Below, one piece after another: positions 56,461-64,000 of a DNA stretch of 64,000 nucleotides. This DNA comes from Pirellulales bacterium (GTDB lineage Bacteria; Planctomycetota; Planctomycetia; Pirellulales; JALHPA01), in NCBI GenBank assembly GCA_040901795.1, contig JBBDYH010000130.1, positions 16,881 through 80,880 on the forward strand, in the 5' to 3' direction. The notes below the pieces were generated by a model. The model was not told where the DNA came from, made no database searches, and was given only the letters and a program-made list of their open reading frames with translations. Numbering within the stretch: the first letter of the stretch is position 1; the number at the start of each line of letters is the position of its first letter. The position numbers and the translations under genes were made by a program.

Positions 56461-57306
56461 GTGCACTCCTCGCTTCAAGAAATCACGTTCCTCTTTGGCC
56501 AGCCGGTGGCTGGAAATCCCACGCAGTTCATGATGGAGCGCGCGTTCGCGGCGGCGGGCCTCGACTGGCGCTATCTCACCCTGGAAATCGCCCCCGAGCG
56601 GCTCGGCGAGGCGGTGCGCGGCGCCCGTGCGATGGGATTTCGCGGCGGCAACATTACGATGCCGCACAAGGTCGCCGTGATCGAGTTCCTCGACGCGCTG
56701 ACTGACGCCGCCGGCTTGATGCAGGCGGTCAATTGCATCAAGAACCACGACGGGCGATTGATCGGCGAAAACACCGACGGCAAGGGGTTCGTGCAATCGC
56801 TACGCGCACTGGCCGACCCAGTGGGAAAGAAAGTCGCCGTGCTTGGCGCTGGCGGCGCGGCGCGGGCGATTGCCGTTGAGTTGGCGCTGACAGGCGCGGC
56901 CGAGTTGACCATCGTCAACCGCTCGACCGAGCGCGGTCAGCAGCTCGCGGAGCTACTCCGTGAAAAGGCCGCGACCAGGTCCAACTTCATCGAATGGACC
57001 GAGGACTTCGCGCTGCCTGCGGAAGCCGACGTCGTAATCAACGCCACATCGATCGGGCTCTTTGACCGCGATGCCCGCGTGCCCATCAAGCTCGACAGCT
57101 TGCGGCCCGGTCTGGTGGTCGCGGATGTGATCTTCAACCCGAACGATACTCGGCTGTTGCGCGAGGCCCGCGATCGCGGCTGCGCGACGCTCGACGGACT
57201 GGGCATGCTCGTCAACCAGGCGGCGATTGCGTTTCAGCTCTGGACCGATATCGCGCCCGACAAAGCGCTAATGCGCGAAGCCTTGGAGGAGTTTCTCAGC
57301 GTGTAG
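56461..57306 (+). CDS. aroE: shikimate dehydrogenase
   Basis: GTG start. GNPTQFMMERAF (SxS-region variant), GGNITMPHK, NCIKNHDGRLIGENTDG, VLGAGGAARA, DGLGMLVNQA. Confidence 0.9.
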   Translation: MHSSLQEITFLFGQPVAGNPTQFMMERAFAAAGLDWRYLTLEIAPERLGEAVRGARAMGFRGGNITMPHKVAVIEFLDALTDAAGLMQAVNCIKNHDGRLIGENTDGKGFVQSLRALADPVGKKVAVLGAGGAARAIAVELALTGAAELTIVNRSTERGQQLAELLREKAATRSNFIEWTEDFALPAEADVVINATSIGLFDRDARVPIKLDSLRPGLVVADVIFNPNDTRLLREARDRGCATLDGLGMLVNQAAIAFQLWTDIAPDKALMREALEEFLSV

Positions 57307-57308
57307 TG

Positions 57309-57337
57309 GCTCCCAGTCTCCTTGTCTCCCAGTCTTT
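57309..57337 (-). repeat. G-rich octamer array, copy R4 (G-rich on the minus strand)
   Basis: The minus strand reads AAGACTGGGAGACAAGGAGACTGGGAGC directly after the GNAT stop (57339-57341). It lies in the 32-nt gap to the convergent aroE stop. Confidence 0.9.
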
Positions 57338-57338
57338 G

Positions 57339-58868
57339 CTACGCCTGCGCATCGTCCCATTTCGGTCGCCAGAGAGGTAAACGGGGAAAGAGCTCGCCCG
57401 CCGTTTCCAGTGCGATCTGTGTCGAGGGGATGATTCGCCCCTGCTGGACTGATTCGGCGATGTCGTTGTGTCCCAGCAACATCCGCGTGAACTCGTTGTC
57501 TTTAAGCGCCAGATAGCTGCGGCCTAGCCTACCGCTGCTGAGCCGCACGCCACGGCGAGTCACAGTGAGCACCTGCCTGGTCCCCTCGATGAACAGCCCC
57601 AGCTCGCAGACTGGCGGCAGATTGGCCGTGCGGGCTCGCTCGGCGAGCTCCGGTTCGATAGCCCTGACAAACTGTGCGGGATTCAGGACCTTGACCATCT
57701 GCACTTCGCTGCCGTTGCTCTCGCTGGCGTTGGTCATGCCACCTGCCTCAACGACAAGCTGGTGCAGGGAATCACCTGGCGGCGCTTCTACGGCGATCGT
57801 CTGCCGGTTGCGTTCGATCGAGTCGCCGCAGGCCCGCGCGAGTAACTGGACGGCTGCGGCGGAGTGATCGGGCGACGTTAACAGTTCGACCACGCGGTCC
57901 TGGCAAACCACGGCGTAGCCCACGATCGGGGCATTCGTGTCGACCAGTTCCATCCGGTCGCGTCCGTGAATCGCTACGATGATGTGGTCGAATGCCTTAC
58001 GGCTGATGAGCCAGCGCCAGTAGGCTTCGCTCCGCTCTAAAGGGCCGTAGCCCCGTACGGTTTGCTGCGCGTAGATGCGCATCAGTGATGGTAGCTCGAC
58101 GTGTCGCCACAGCCGGATGCTCAACGGAGGGCGCGGCTCGGACGCCGCTGAAAGGTGGGCGAGAATGTCTCGAGCCCGGTTGAGCGAATAACTCTCCCGC
58201 CCGCACACGGCCCAGCCGGCGCTCCGGAAAAACTGCGGAATTCGCGTCCGCAGGACGCCCAGGGTGGCGCCGGAGTTGCGCATTTCCTGCTCGGCACGGT
58301 GCAGCAGTCGCGTGGCGTACCCTCGCGAGCGGAATTCGGGAAGCGTGCCCACCCATTGCAACTGCGCAATCGGCAATTGCAAGCCGCCAAACCACATCTT
58401 CCGGTGCGACAACTGCAAGTGCGCTGCAATTCGCCCCTCGCGCTTGATGAGCAGGCGCTGCGCAGGGTCGTACGTCGGCTCGTCTTGCACCGCGTGAAAC
58501 TCTTCACGCGATGGCGCTTGAAAGACCGCCAACAGAAACTGATAGATCTCGGGGTGGTCCCCTGCGCGCGCAGAAACCAACTCCTCCAGCGGCGCACGGG
58601 TGCGGCGACGACTTCGCAGACCGACTTGTGGGCGTTCCGAGCCCAGGCGCGCAGCGCGAGCCGCGAGGGGCTTTTCAAGGGGAGGTAAGACTGACCGCGA
58701 AGTGCGGAGAGAATCGCCGTTGCTGTTGGCAGGCGAGTGGCGTCGGTCAGTCAGTTGTCGCTGCGTAGTTTGTGGCAGCGTGGGGTCGAGAGTCCGTTTC
58801 GCGCGGGCGGCTTCCTTGGCCGCTGGTCTGCCGTGCGAAACGGCCGGCGTCGTATCCGCTCGGCTCAT
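57339..58868 (-). CDS. Eis-like GNAT N-acetyltransferase (GNAT + GNAT-like + SCP2-like C-terminus) with a basic, disordered N-terminal extension
   Basis: IAQLQWVGTLPEFRSRGYATRLLHRAEQEMRNSGATLGVL is an acetyl-CoA pocket-like motif. The C-terminal LFPRLPLWRPKWDD matches the Eis-type end. The true start may be an internal GTG near VSARAGDHPEIY. Confidence 0.7.
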   Translation of the reverse strand: MSRADTTPAVSHGRPAAKEAARAKRTLDPTLPQTTQRQLTDRRHSPANSNGDSLRTSRSVLPPLEKPLAARAARLGSERPQVGLRSRRRTRAPLEELVSARAGDHPEIYQFLLAVFQAPSREEFHAVQDEPTYDPAQRLLIKREGRIAAHLQLSHRKMWFGGLQLPIAQLQWVGTLPEFRSRGYATRLLHRAEQEMRNSGATLGVLRTRIPQFFRSAGWAVCGRESYSLNRARDILAHLSAASEPRPPLSIRLWRHVELPSLMRIYAQQTVRGYGPLERSEAYWRWLISRKAFDHIIVAIHGRDRMELVDTNAPIVGYAVVCQDRVVELLTSPDHSAAAVQLLARACGDSIERNRQTIAVEAPPGDSLHQLVVEAGGMTNASESNGSEVQMVKVLNPAQFVRAIEPELAERARTANLPPVCELGLFIEGTRQVLTVTRRGVRLSSGRLGRSYLALKDNEFTRMLLGHNDIAESVQQGRIIPSTQIALETAGELFPRLPLWRPKWDDAQA

Positions 58869-59002
58869 TTCGCAGTCCTCTTGCGACTTTTTGCTGGGTC
58901 AATCCATTCAGCCCTTGTAAGCGTACGATGAGCCGCCAGAAAATTCCAGCCTCTATTGACAACTTTTCGAAAAAATATTTTTGGACGACCACTGAGGACC
59001 GA

Positions 59003-60688
59003 CTAGCTCGCGCCGCTTAAGAACTCGCGTAGCTGATGCGCGGGATAGAGACAGAGGCTGTATTCGCGCGACGAAAGGACCGCGTCGGCGCGCGCCTGCC
59101 GTTCAAGCCGTTCGATGTCGGCCAACAGCTTCGCGCGGCAGTCTGAGAGCCACGGCTGCAACGCCAGATTGGCCGAGCGAATCGCCTCGTGCCGAGTGCG
59201 CGCGTTGTCTTGCGACTTCGCCATCGCGATCCACTGCCGCTTCATGTCGATCGAGCGCTGCAATTCCCAGTTCGCTGGCTTTGCCGCCGGCCCCGAACAG
59301 CGCTCGCAATGTCGTTGTTGCGAAGGTGGTTCCACGAACCGCTCAGGGTGGTAGGTCAGTTCCCGGAGCGCTTGACGCGTACGGCGAAGCTCTTCGGCAG
59401 CGCCGCGATTGTGCTCGATCGGCAGCCGCAACGTGCCCGATACCACCATGTACCCCGGCGGCTCCAAGCCGAAGAACTGCTCGATCAATACATCCGTCAT
59501 TTGGTCGTACTTGGCGCCGCCGATGCCGTGGACGAACAAGTCGCCCAGCAGCACACGGGCGAGCATCGTGGTGATCAACGCCCGCGTTCGCAAGCGCACA
59601 CCCAGCCGCGCCAGCTCCTGCAGTTGCTCGATCGCACGATCGGGATTGGTTTCGGCCGATATATCGAGCGGCTGCTCCCAGCCGGCACGGTCGGCCAGCA
59701 CAATACCGTTGTCCCGCGAGCGGACGAAAAGCCGCCGCCGCGTGGGGTCGTCCGCTCTCCATACCCAGAAGGGCGCTTCCAGCCAATCGCCTTCCGCTGA
59801 CAACTCGGGCACCGGATGGGCATGGCTGCGGACGTGGTTGGCACTGCGGTACTCAAACAGGGCAGCGTTGTAAATCTCCCACAGCCGTGGCAAATGCGCC
59901 AGCAGATGGGCGGCGAAACGATGAAACGCCGGCAGCGAGCAGACGCGGCTCTGTGGAATCTCGAGCGTCGCCGCGCCCCAGCGCCCCTCCCAGACGTGCC
60001 GCGCCTGGGCGAGACATTCGCCGAGCCGGTCGGTGTGGCGCGAGCGGCTGAGTACATCCGGCCAAAAGTCTTTGACGAGCGGTCGGGGCACGAGCGTGGT
60101 CAGCTTGTCAGCGACGCGATCGGCGAACGACTCGAACAGCGCTCGATCGACAATCCGGCGTTCCTCAAACGGCACCGCGGTCGTGGGCCGGTCGAAGAGC
60201 ACCGACTCGACGAGCGGCCGAGTTGCCGAGCCGGTTGGCACGCGCAGCGATGAGGCCTTGATCGTATCGCTATCGACCACCAGGTTCACCGCGACGGCGC
60301 CGCTGGCGCGAGCGACCGAGTGGAGCATGAAATTCTTGAGCCACACGCCCGGATGAAACAGTTCGGGCTGATGGCCGGCGAGCACCAACGAGGGCTGGGC
60401 GGCGATCCCCCCGCTTTGCTCTAAGCTAGAGACATCCCGGTAGGCCCGCGTGTAGGCCAGCGCCTCGGCTAGCAACTGGCGGCGCGCCTCAGCCGCCAAA
60501 TCCGGCAGCGATTGCCCGTGCACGTCGTAATCGCATGCTTCGAGCCGGGCGCGATGCGCGGCGATGAGTTCAGCACCCGCCGAGACAGGCGGCGCCACGA
60601 GCTTGCCGCCGTCGTCGCGCGGGGTCTGGAACCGCGGCGGTCGCGCGCGATCACCCATGCTCGGTTCGGCTTCCAGAGAGTTACACAC
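59003..60688 (-). CDS. conserved hypothetical protein, distantly BshC-like (bacillithiol cysteine-adding enzyme family)
   Basis: 561 aa (GTG 60688 or ATG 60658). LVLAGHQPELFHPGVWLKNF resembles VGGQQAGLLTGPLYTIHK as I remember B. subtilis BshC. LLGDLFVHGIGGAKYDQ resembles IPTLAFIAGPGEINYW. Similar length and a C-terminal coiled coil. Confidence 0.5.
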   Translation of the reverse strand: MCNSLEAEPSMGDRARPPRFQTPRDDGGKLVAPPVSAGAELIAAHRARLEACDYDVHGQSLPDLAAEARRQLLAEALAYTRAYRDVSSLEQSGGIAAQPSLVLAGHQPELFHPGVWLKNFMLHSVARASGAVAVNLVVDSDTIKASSLRVPTGSATRPLVESVLFDRPTTAVPFEERRIVDRALFESFADRVADKLTTLVPRPLVKDFWPDVLSRSRHTDRLGECLAQARHVWEGRWGAATLEIPQSRVCSLPAFHRFAAHLLAHLPRLWEIYNAALFEYRSANHVRSHAHPVPELSAEGDWLEAPFWVWRADDPTRRRLFVRSRDNGIVLADRAGWEQPLDISAETNPDRAIEQLQELARLGVRLRTRALITTMLARVLLGDLFVHGIGGAKYDQMTDVLIEQFFGLEPPGYMVVSGTLRLPIEHNRGAAEELRRTRQALRELTYHPERFVEPPSQQRHCERCSGPAAKPANWELQRSIDMKRQWIAMAKSQDNARTRHEAIRSANLALQPWLSDCRAKLLADIERLERQARADAVLSSREYSLCLYPAHQLREFLSGAS

Positions 60689-60730
60689 AGCGCTCGCTTA
60701 CCCCGTAGTTGCTGCGATACGGCAGATCGC

Positions 60731-61474
60731 TCAGGCACAGGACGACCGAACGGGACGCCGCTCGTGCCGCCGCTCCAGCAGCCGCGCCTCGCTGCGCTCA
60801 ATTACCGCGCGATAATGCGCCAGACGCGTGTGGGCGTCGTCGAGCGCTCCACCGAACGACCGCTTCTCGTCAAGATAGATCAATGGCACCGGCAGTTCTA
60901 CGATCCGCAGACCGCAATTTGCCGCTTGCACCCACAACTCCAGCGGCATCGCGTAGCCCGGTTCGCTCAGATCGAAGCAGGTTAGCGCCGGCACGCGATA
61001 CGCCTTGAAGCCGCAAAAGGCGTCAGTCAGGTTCAAGCCGAGCCTTCGATTCACTTCTTCGGTGATCAACCGATTGATGCGGCGACGATCGGCCGGCGGA
61101 GCGGTCTGGTCATCGAAGGTCTGCAAGTACCGACTCCCGGAGACGATATCGACCTCGTCGGTGCAAGCGGCGGCGAACTCCGGAATTCGCTGCGGCTCAT
61201 GTTGACCGTCGCAATCGATTGTCACCAGCACGTCGTAGCCTTCGGCCAGCGCATAGTCGAAGGCGCTTTTCAGTGCGGCGCCATAGCCCCGGTTTTGCGG
61301 ATGCCGCAGCAAGCGAACGTCGCGGCGCGCGGCGAGCAGATCCGCCGTGCCGTCGCTCGAGCCATCATCCACCACCAGAACATCGCTGCTATACCGGCGC
61401 ACTTCGTCGAGCACCGGCGTCACATGGGCGACTTCGTTGTAGACGGGCAAGGCTGTCAGGAAACGGCGCGGCAT
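60731..61474 (-). CDS. family 2 glycosyltransferase (soluble, DPM1/GtrB-like)
   Basis: ORF 60731..61693; ATG 61474 (MPRRFLTALPVYNE). VLVVDDGSSDGT, HPQNRGYGAALKSAF, IDCDGQHEP, SGSRY. Confidence 0.85.
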   Translation of the reverse strand: MPRRFLTALPVYNEVAHVTPVLDEVRRYSSDVLVVDDGSSDGTADLLAARRDVRLLRHPQNRGYGAALKSAFDYALAEGYDVLVTIDCDGQHEPQRIPEFAAACTDEVDIVSGSRYLQTFDDQTAPPADRRRINRLITEEVNRRLGLNLTDAFCGFKAYRVPALTCFDLSEPGYAMPLELWVQAANCGLRIVELPVPLIYLDEKRSFGGALDDAHTRLAHYRAVIERSEARLLERRHERRPVRSSCA

Positions 61475-61700
61475 CGTATGTAAGGGCTTTCCAATTTGAG
61501 GTTCTGTCCCAACGGCCGGCGGGCCGCTGCCAACGTTCAAACGCAGTCGGGTCGTCCCATTGTAGACGCTGCGCTTGCCCGGACAACCAGCACGGATCGG
61601 CACATGCACCGTAAGCCGGCCTTGCAGCGCCGCCAGTGAAAACTCGACGGCCTTGGAAGGCCGTCGTACATGCTCGACAAGCTCGGCGAACACATGCGAG

Positions 61701-62987
61701 CTAGTCGAACCTCAGCAGGGCATACTTTTTCTTGCCGCTGCGCAGCACCGTCACGGTCTCGCTGGCCAGATCGCGGGATGTAAGCGTATAGTCGAGGGAA
61801 TCGACGCGACGATTATTAATGTATGCGCCCCCTTGTTCGATCACGCGACGGGCCTCGCTCTTGTTCTTAGCCAGACTGGATTCGACGAGCGCGTCGATGA
61901 GCGACAGGCCATCGCTGGCGAGCTTTTCACGCGGCAGCACTTTGCTGGGCACGTCGGCAAAGATCTCGCCGAGCTGTGAGTCGGAGAACTCGCTGATCTC
62001 CGCGCCAAAGAAGATCTCGGTCGCGCGCTTCGCCGCCGCCAGTCCCGCCTCGCCATGGACCAGCCGCGTCAGCTCTTCGGCCAGCCGCCGCTGGCTTTCG
62101 CGTTTGGCCGGCTCGGACGCTCGTGCCGCGTCGAGAGCCTCGATCTCGTCGTGCGAAAGCTCGGTCAAAAACCGGAGACACTTGCCGGCGTCGGCGTCCT
62201 CGGTGTTGATCCAGTACTGGTAGAACTGATAGGGACTGGTGCGCGCCGGCGAGAGCCAAATGGCCCCGGCCTCGGTCTTGCCCATCTTGCTGCCGTCGCT
62301 CTTCGTCAACAGCGGACAAGTCATCCCAGAGAGCTGTACGCCGCGCATCCGACGGGCCAAATCGATGCCTGCGGTGATATTCCCCCACTGGTCACTGCCC
62401 CCGATTTGTAGCTCGCAAGCGTGATGCTCGTTGAGGTAGACGAAGTCGTAGGCCTGCAAGAGCATGTAACTGAATTCGGTGTACGACATGCCCGTGTCTT
62501 CGCGATCCAGCCGCGCCCGCACGCTCTCTTTGGCCAACATCACGTTGACCGGGAAGTTCTTGCCGACGTCGCGGAGGAATTCGAGGTAACTGAAGCGGTT
62601 CATCCAGTCATAGTTGTTGACGAGGACCGCACGCGTGGCGCTTGTGCCGAAGTCGAGAAACTGTCGCATCTGGGTTTCGATGCCCGCGACGTTGGCCCGC
62701 AGCGTATCGACCGAGAGCAACTTGCGCTCTTCGCTTTTGCCGCTGGGATCGCCGATCATGCCGGTGGCACCGCCGACGACGGCGATCGGCCGGTGCCCGG
62801 CCTTCTGAAAGCGCCGCAGCAATAACAGCGGCAACAAACTGCCGACGTGCAACGACTCAGCCGTCGGATCGAAGCCGGCGTAGAGCGTTCGCGGCTGATC
62901 CATCAGCCACTTCGCCAGCGCCGACTCCTCCTCGGTCGTCTGATGAATCAGCCCACGCCAACGAAGATCCGCGATGATGTCGTTCAT
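61701..62987 (-). CDS. tyrS: tyrosine--tRNA ligase
   Basis: ORF 61701..63392; real start MNDIIADLRWRGLI, with its ATG overlapping the ispD stop (ATGA). My hand count of the printed sequence placed it 1 nt away from the track-derived coordinate. GFDPTAESLHVGSL (HIGH), KMGKT (KMSKS), and a C-terminal S4-like domain. Confidence 0.9.
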   Translation of the reverse strand: MNDIIADLRWRGLIHQTTEEESALAKWLMDQPRTLYAGFDPTAESLHVGSLLPLLLLRRFQKAGHRPIAVVGGATGMIGDPSGKSEERKLLSVDTLRANVAGIETQMRQFLDFGTSATRAVLVNNYDWMNRFSYLEFLRDVGKNFPVNVMLAKESVRARLDREDTGMSYTEFSYMLLQAYDFVYLNEHHACELQIGGSDQWGNITAGIDLARRMRGVQLSGMTCPLLTKSDGSKMGKTEAGAIWLSPARTSPYQFYQYWINTEDADAGKCLRFLTELSHDEIEALDAARASEPAKRESQRRLAEELTRLVHGEAGLAAAKRATEIFFGAEISEFSDSQLGEIFADVPSKVLPREKLASDGLSLIDALVESSLAKNKSEARRVIEQGGAYINNRRVDSLDYTLTSRDLASETVTVLRSGKKKYALLRFD

Positions 62988-63724
62988 TTCCAGTGGTCGT
63001 CGTCGGCGAACGGGTGGGCCGGGCCGCTGAACTTCGGCTTGGGCAAGGCGTGCAGCGCTGCCTCCGCCAGGCGGAGGTCCTCGCGTGTGGTGATCTTGAT
63101 GTTGATGTTCGATCCCGGTACGACGTGCACCTTTTTGCCTAGCCGCTCGACGAGCTGGGCTTCGTCGGTGGCCGTGAAGCCGCCGCGCTTGGCGTAAGCC
63201 TCCAAGAGCAACTGCCGACGGAAGACCTGAGGCGTTTGCGCTTCCCAAAGCCCGGTGCGATCGACCGTCTCGGCAATCGCATGGTCGGCGCCCACGCGCT
63301 TCAGCGTTGCCGAAACCGGAACCGCCGGGATTGCGGCGTCGTGCTTTTCGGCCGCCTCGAAGACGGCGGTGATCCACTCGTCGACGATGCACGGCCGCGC
63401 CGCGTCGTGAACGGCGATAAAGTCGATGTCGCTCTTCACACGCGCCAGCGCCCGCTCCACGCTGTCGGCGCGCTCGGCGCCCCCCTCGACCACCTCGACA
63501 CCCAAAATCGCCGCATTGCCCGCAAACTTGAAGTCAAAAAACTCGCGATCGTCGTGCGCGATGATGAGGATGGTTTGCTTCACGTCGCTGCGATTAAGGA
63601 ACTTCTCGGCGACGTGCAGCCAGACCGCACGCCCGGCGAGTGGCGCGAACGGCTTTTTGTAGTTCTTGTCGCGGAACCGGCTACTCTTACCGGCCGCCGG
63701 CAGAATGACGGCAAACTTTGACAC
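62984..63724 (-). CDS. ispD: 2-C-methyl-D-erythritol 4-phosphate cytidylyltransferase
   Basis: GTG start. AVILPAAGKSSRF, FIAVHDAARP, TPQVF. Confidence 0.9.
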   Translation of the reverse strand: MSKFAVILPAAGKSSRFRDKNYKKPFAPLAGRAVWLHVAEKFLNRSDVKQTILIIAHDDREFFDFKFAGNAAILGVEVVEGGAERADSVERALARVKSDIDFIAVHDAARPCIVDEWITAVFEAAEKHDAAIPAVPVSATLKRVGADHAIAETVDRTGLWEAQTPQVFRRQLLLEAYAKRGGFTATDEAQLVERLGKKVHVVPGSNINIKITTREDLRLAEAALHALPKPKFSGPAHPFADDDHWK

Positions 63725-64000
63725 GGCGTCACCTTTCGCAGGTTTTGATCGGCTCCCGCGCTCATTGTCGGCTTTGGTCGCAGACCGTCAAGCGAATGCG
63801 CTAGCACGCAATCCCGGTCCAACCGTTCACCACGCGGCCGCAAAACTGGAATAAACGGAACCTCGTATCGCGAAATATTGACGGGGCACGAATCGCTTGG
63901 TTTAATAAAACACAGTCGGGGGCCAGGCTCGGCAGCACGGATCAGCGCATGCGGGGGCCCGTTCTTCTGGTTGTCCGATGGAATAAGTCTCTTCTTCTCT

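Noticed and set aside
63878-63906. A plus-strand promoter-like TTGACG-N17-TTTAAT, followed by a GC-rich sequence (GGGGGCCAGGCTCGG...GCGGGGGCCC) running into the window edge. It could start an ncRNA or a gene.
   Set aside because: Less than 100 nt of downstream sequence is available. I found no match to the 5-prime ends of tmRNA, RNase P, SRP or 6S RNA as I remember them.

Overview
High-G+C bacterial chromosome segment. The protein repertoire points to Planctomycetota, probably Pirellulales-like (inference only): PEP-CTERM anchors, dockerin-like plus autotransporter-type beta-strand repeats, MDDNPY and FEQFEPRIVLA-type N-termini, and a giant YD/RHS protein. I support about 50 genes. Housekeeping blocks (scpB, rpe, accD, tmk-holB, thrS, ribB, fabH, pepF, aroE, tyrS, ispD) are interrupted by two accessory stretches. 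(i) 4.4-14.2 kb holds repeat-rich non-coding DNA and a RAYT/IS200-like Y1 transposase preceded by seven CTGACCCCTTTT repeats. It also holds a ~6.4-kb RHS polymorphic-toxin gene, broken by one in-frame TAA and one frameshift. That gene carries three golvesin-like beta-sandwich insertions, an unclassified C-terminal tail and a downstream immunity-like ORF. (ii) 33.7-39.2 kb looks lower in G+C by eye and holds vapBC, orphan membrane proteins and gene fragments. I found no rRNA, tRNA or CRISPR array. The best candidates for undescribed biology are: (a) the decorated RHS toxin with its unknown toxin/immunity pair; (b) a co-directional GT2 / BshC-like / Eis-like GNAT cluster (57.3-61.5 kb) that resembles a low-molecular-weight-thiol pathway by analogy; (c) a stand-alone class I terpene-synthase-like gene; (d) several families of short structured intergenic repeats placed at gene 3-prime ends, often strand-specifically. 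These include GGGGAATG heptamer palindromes, G-rich GGGAGACT arrays, a three-helix element and a nested GGGTGGGA/GGCCCACC element. All family assignments come from motif recognition by eye, not from database searches.
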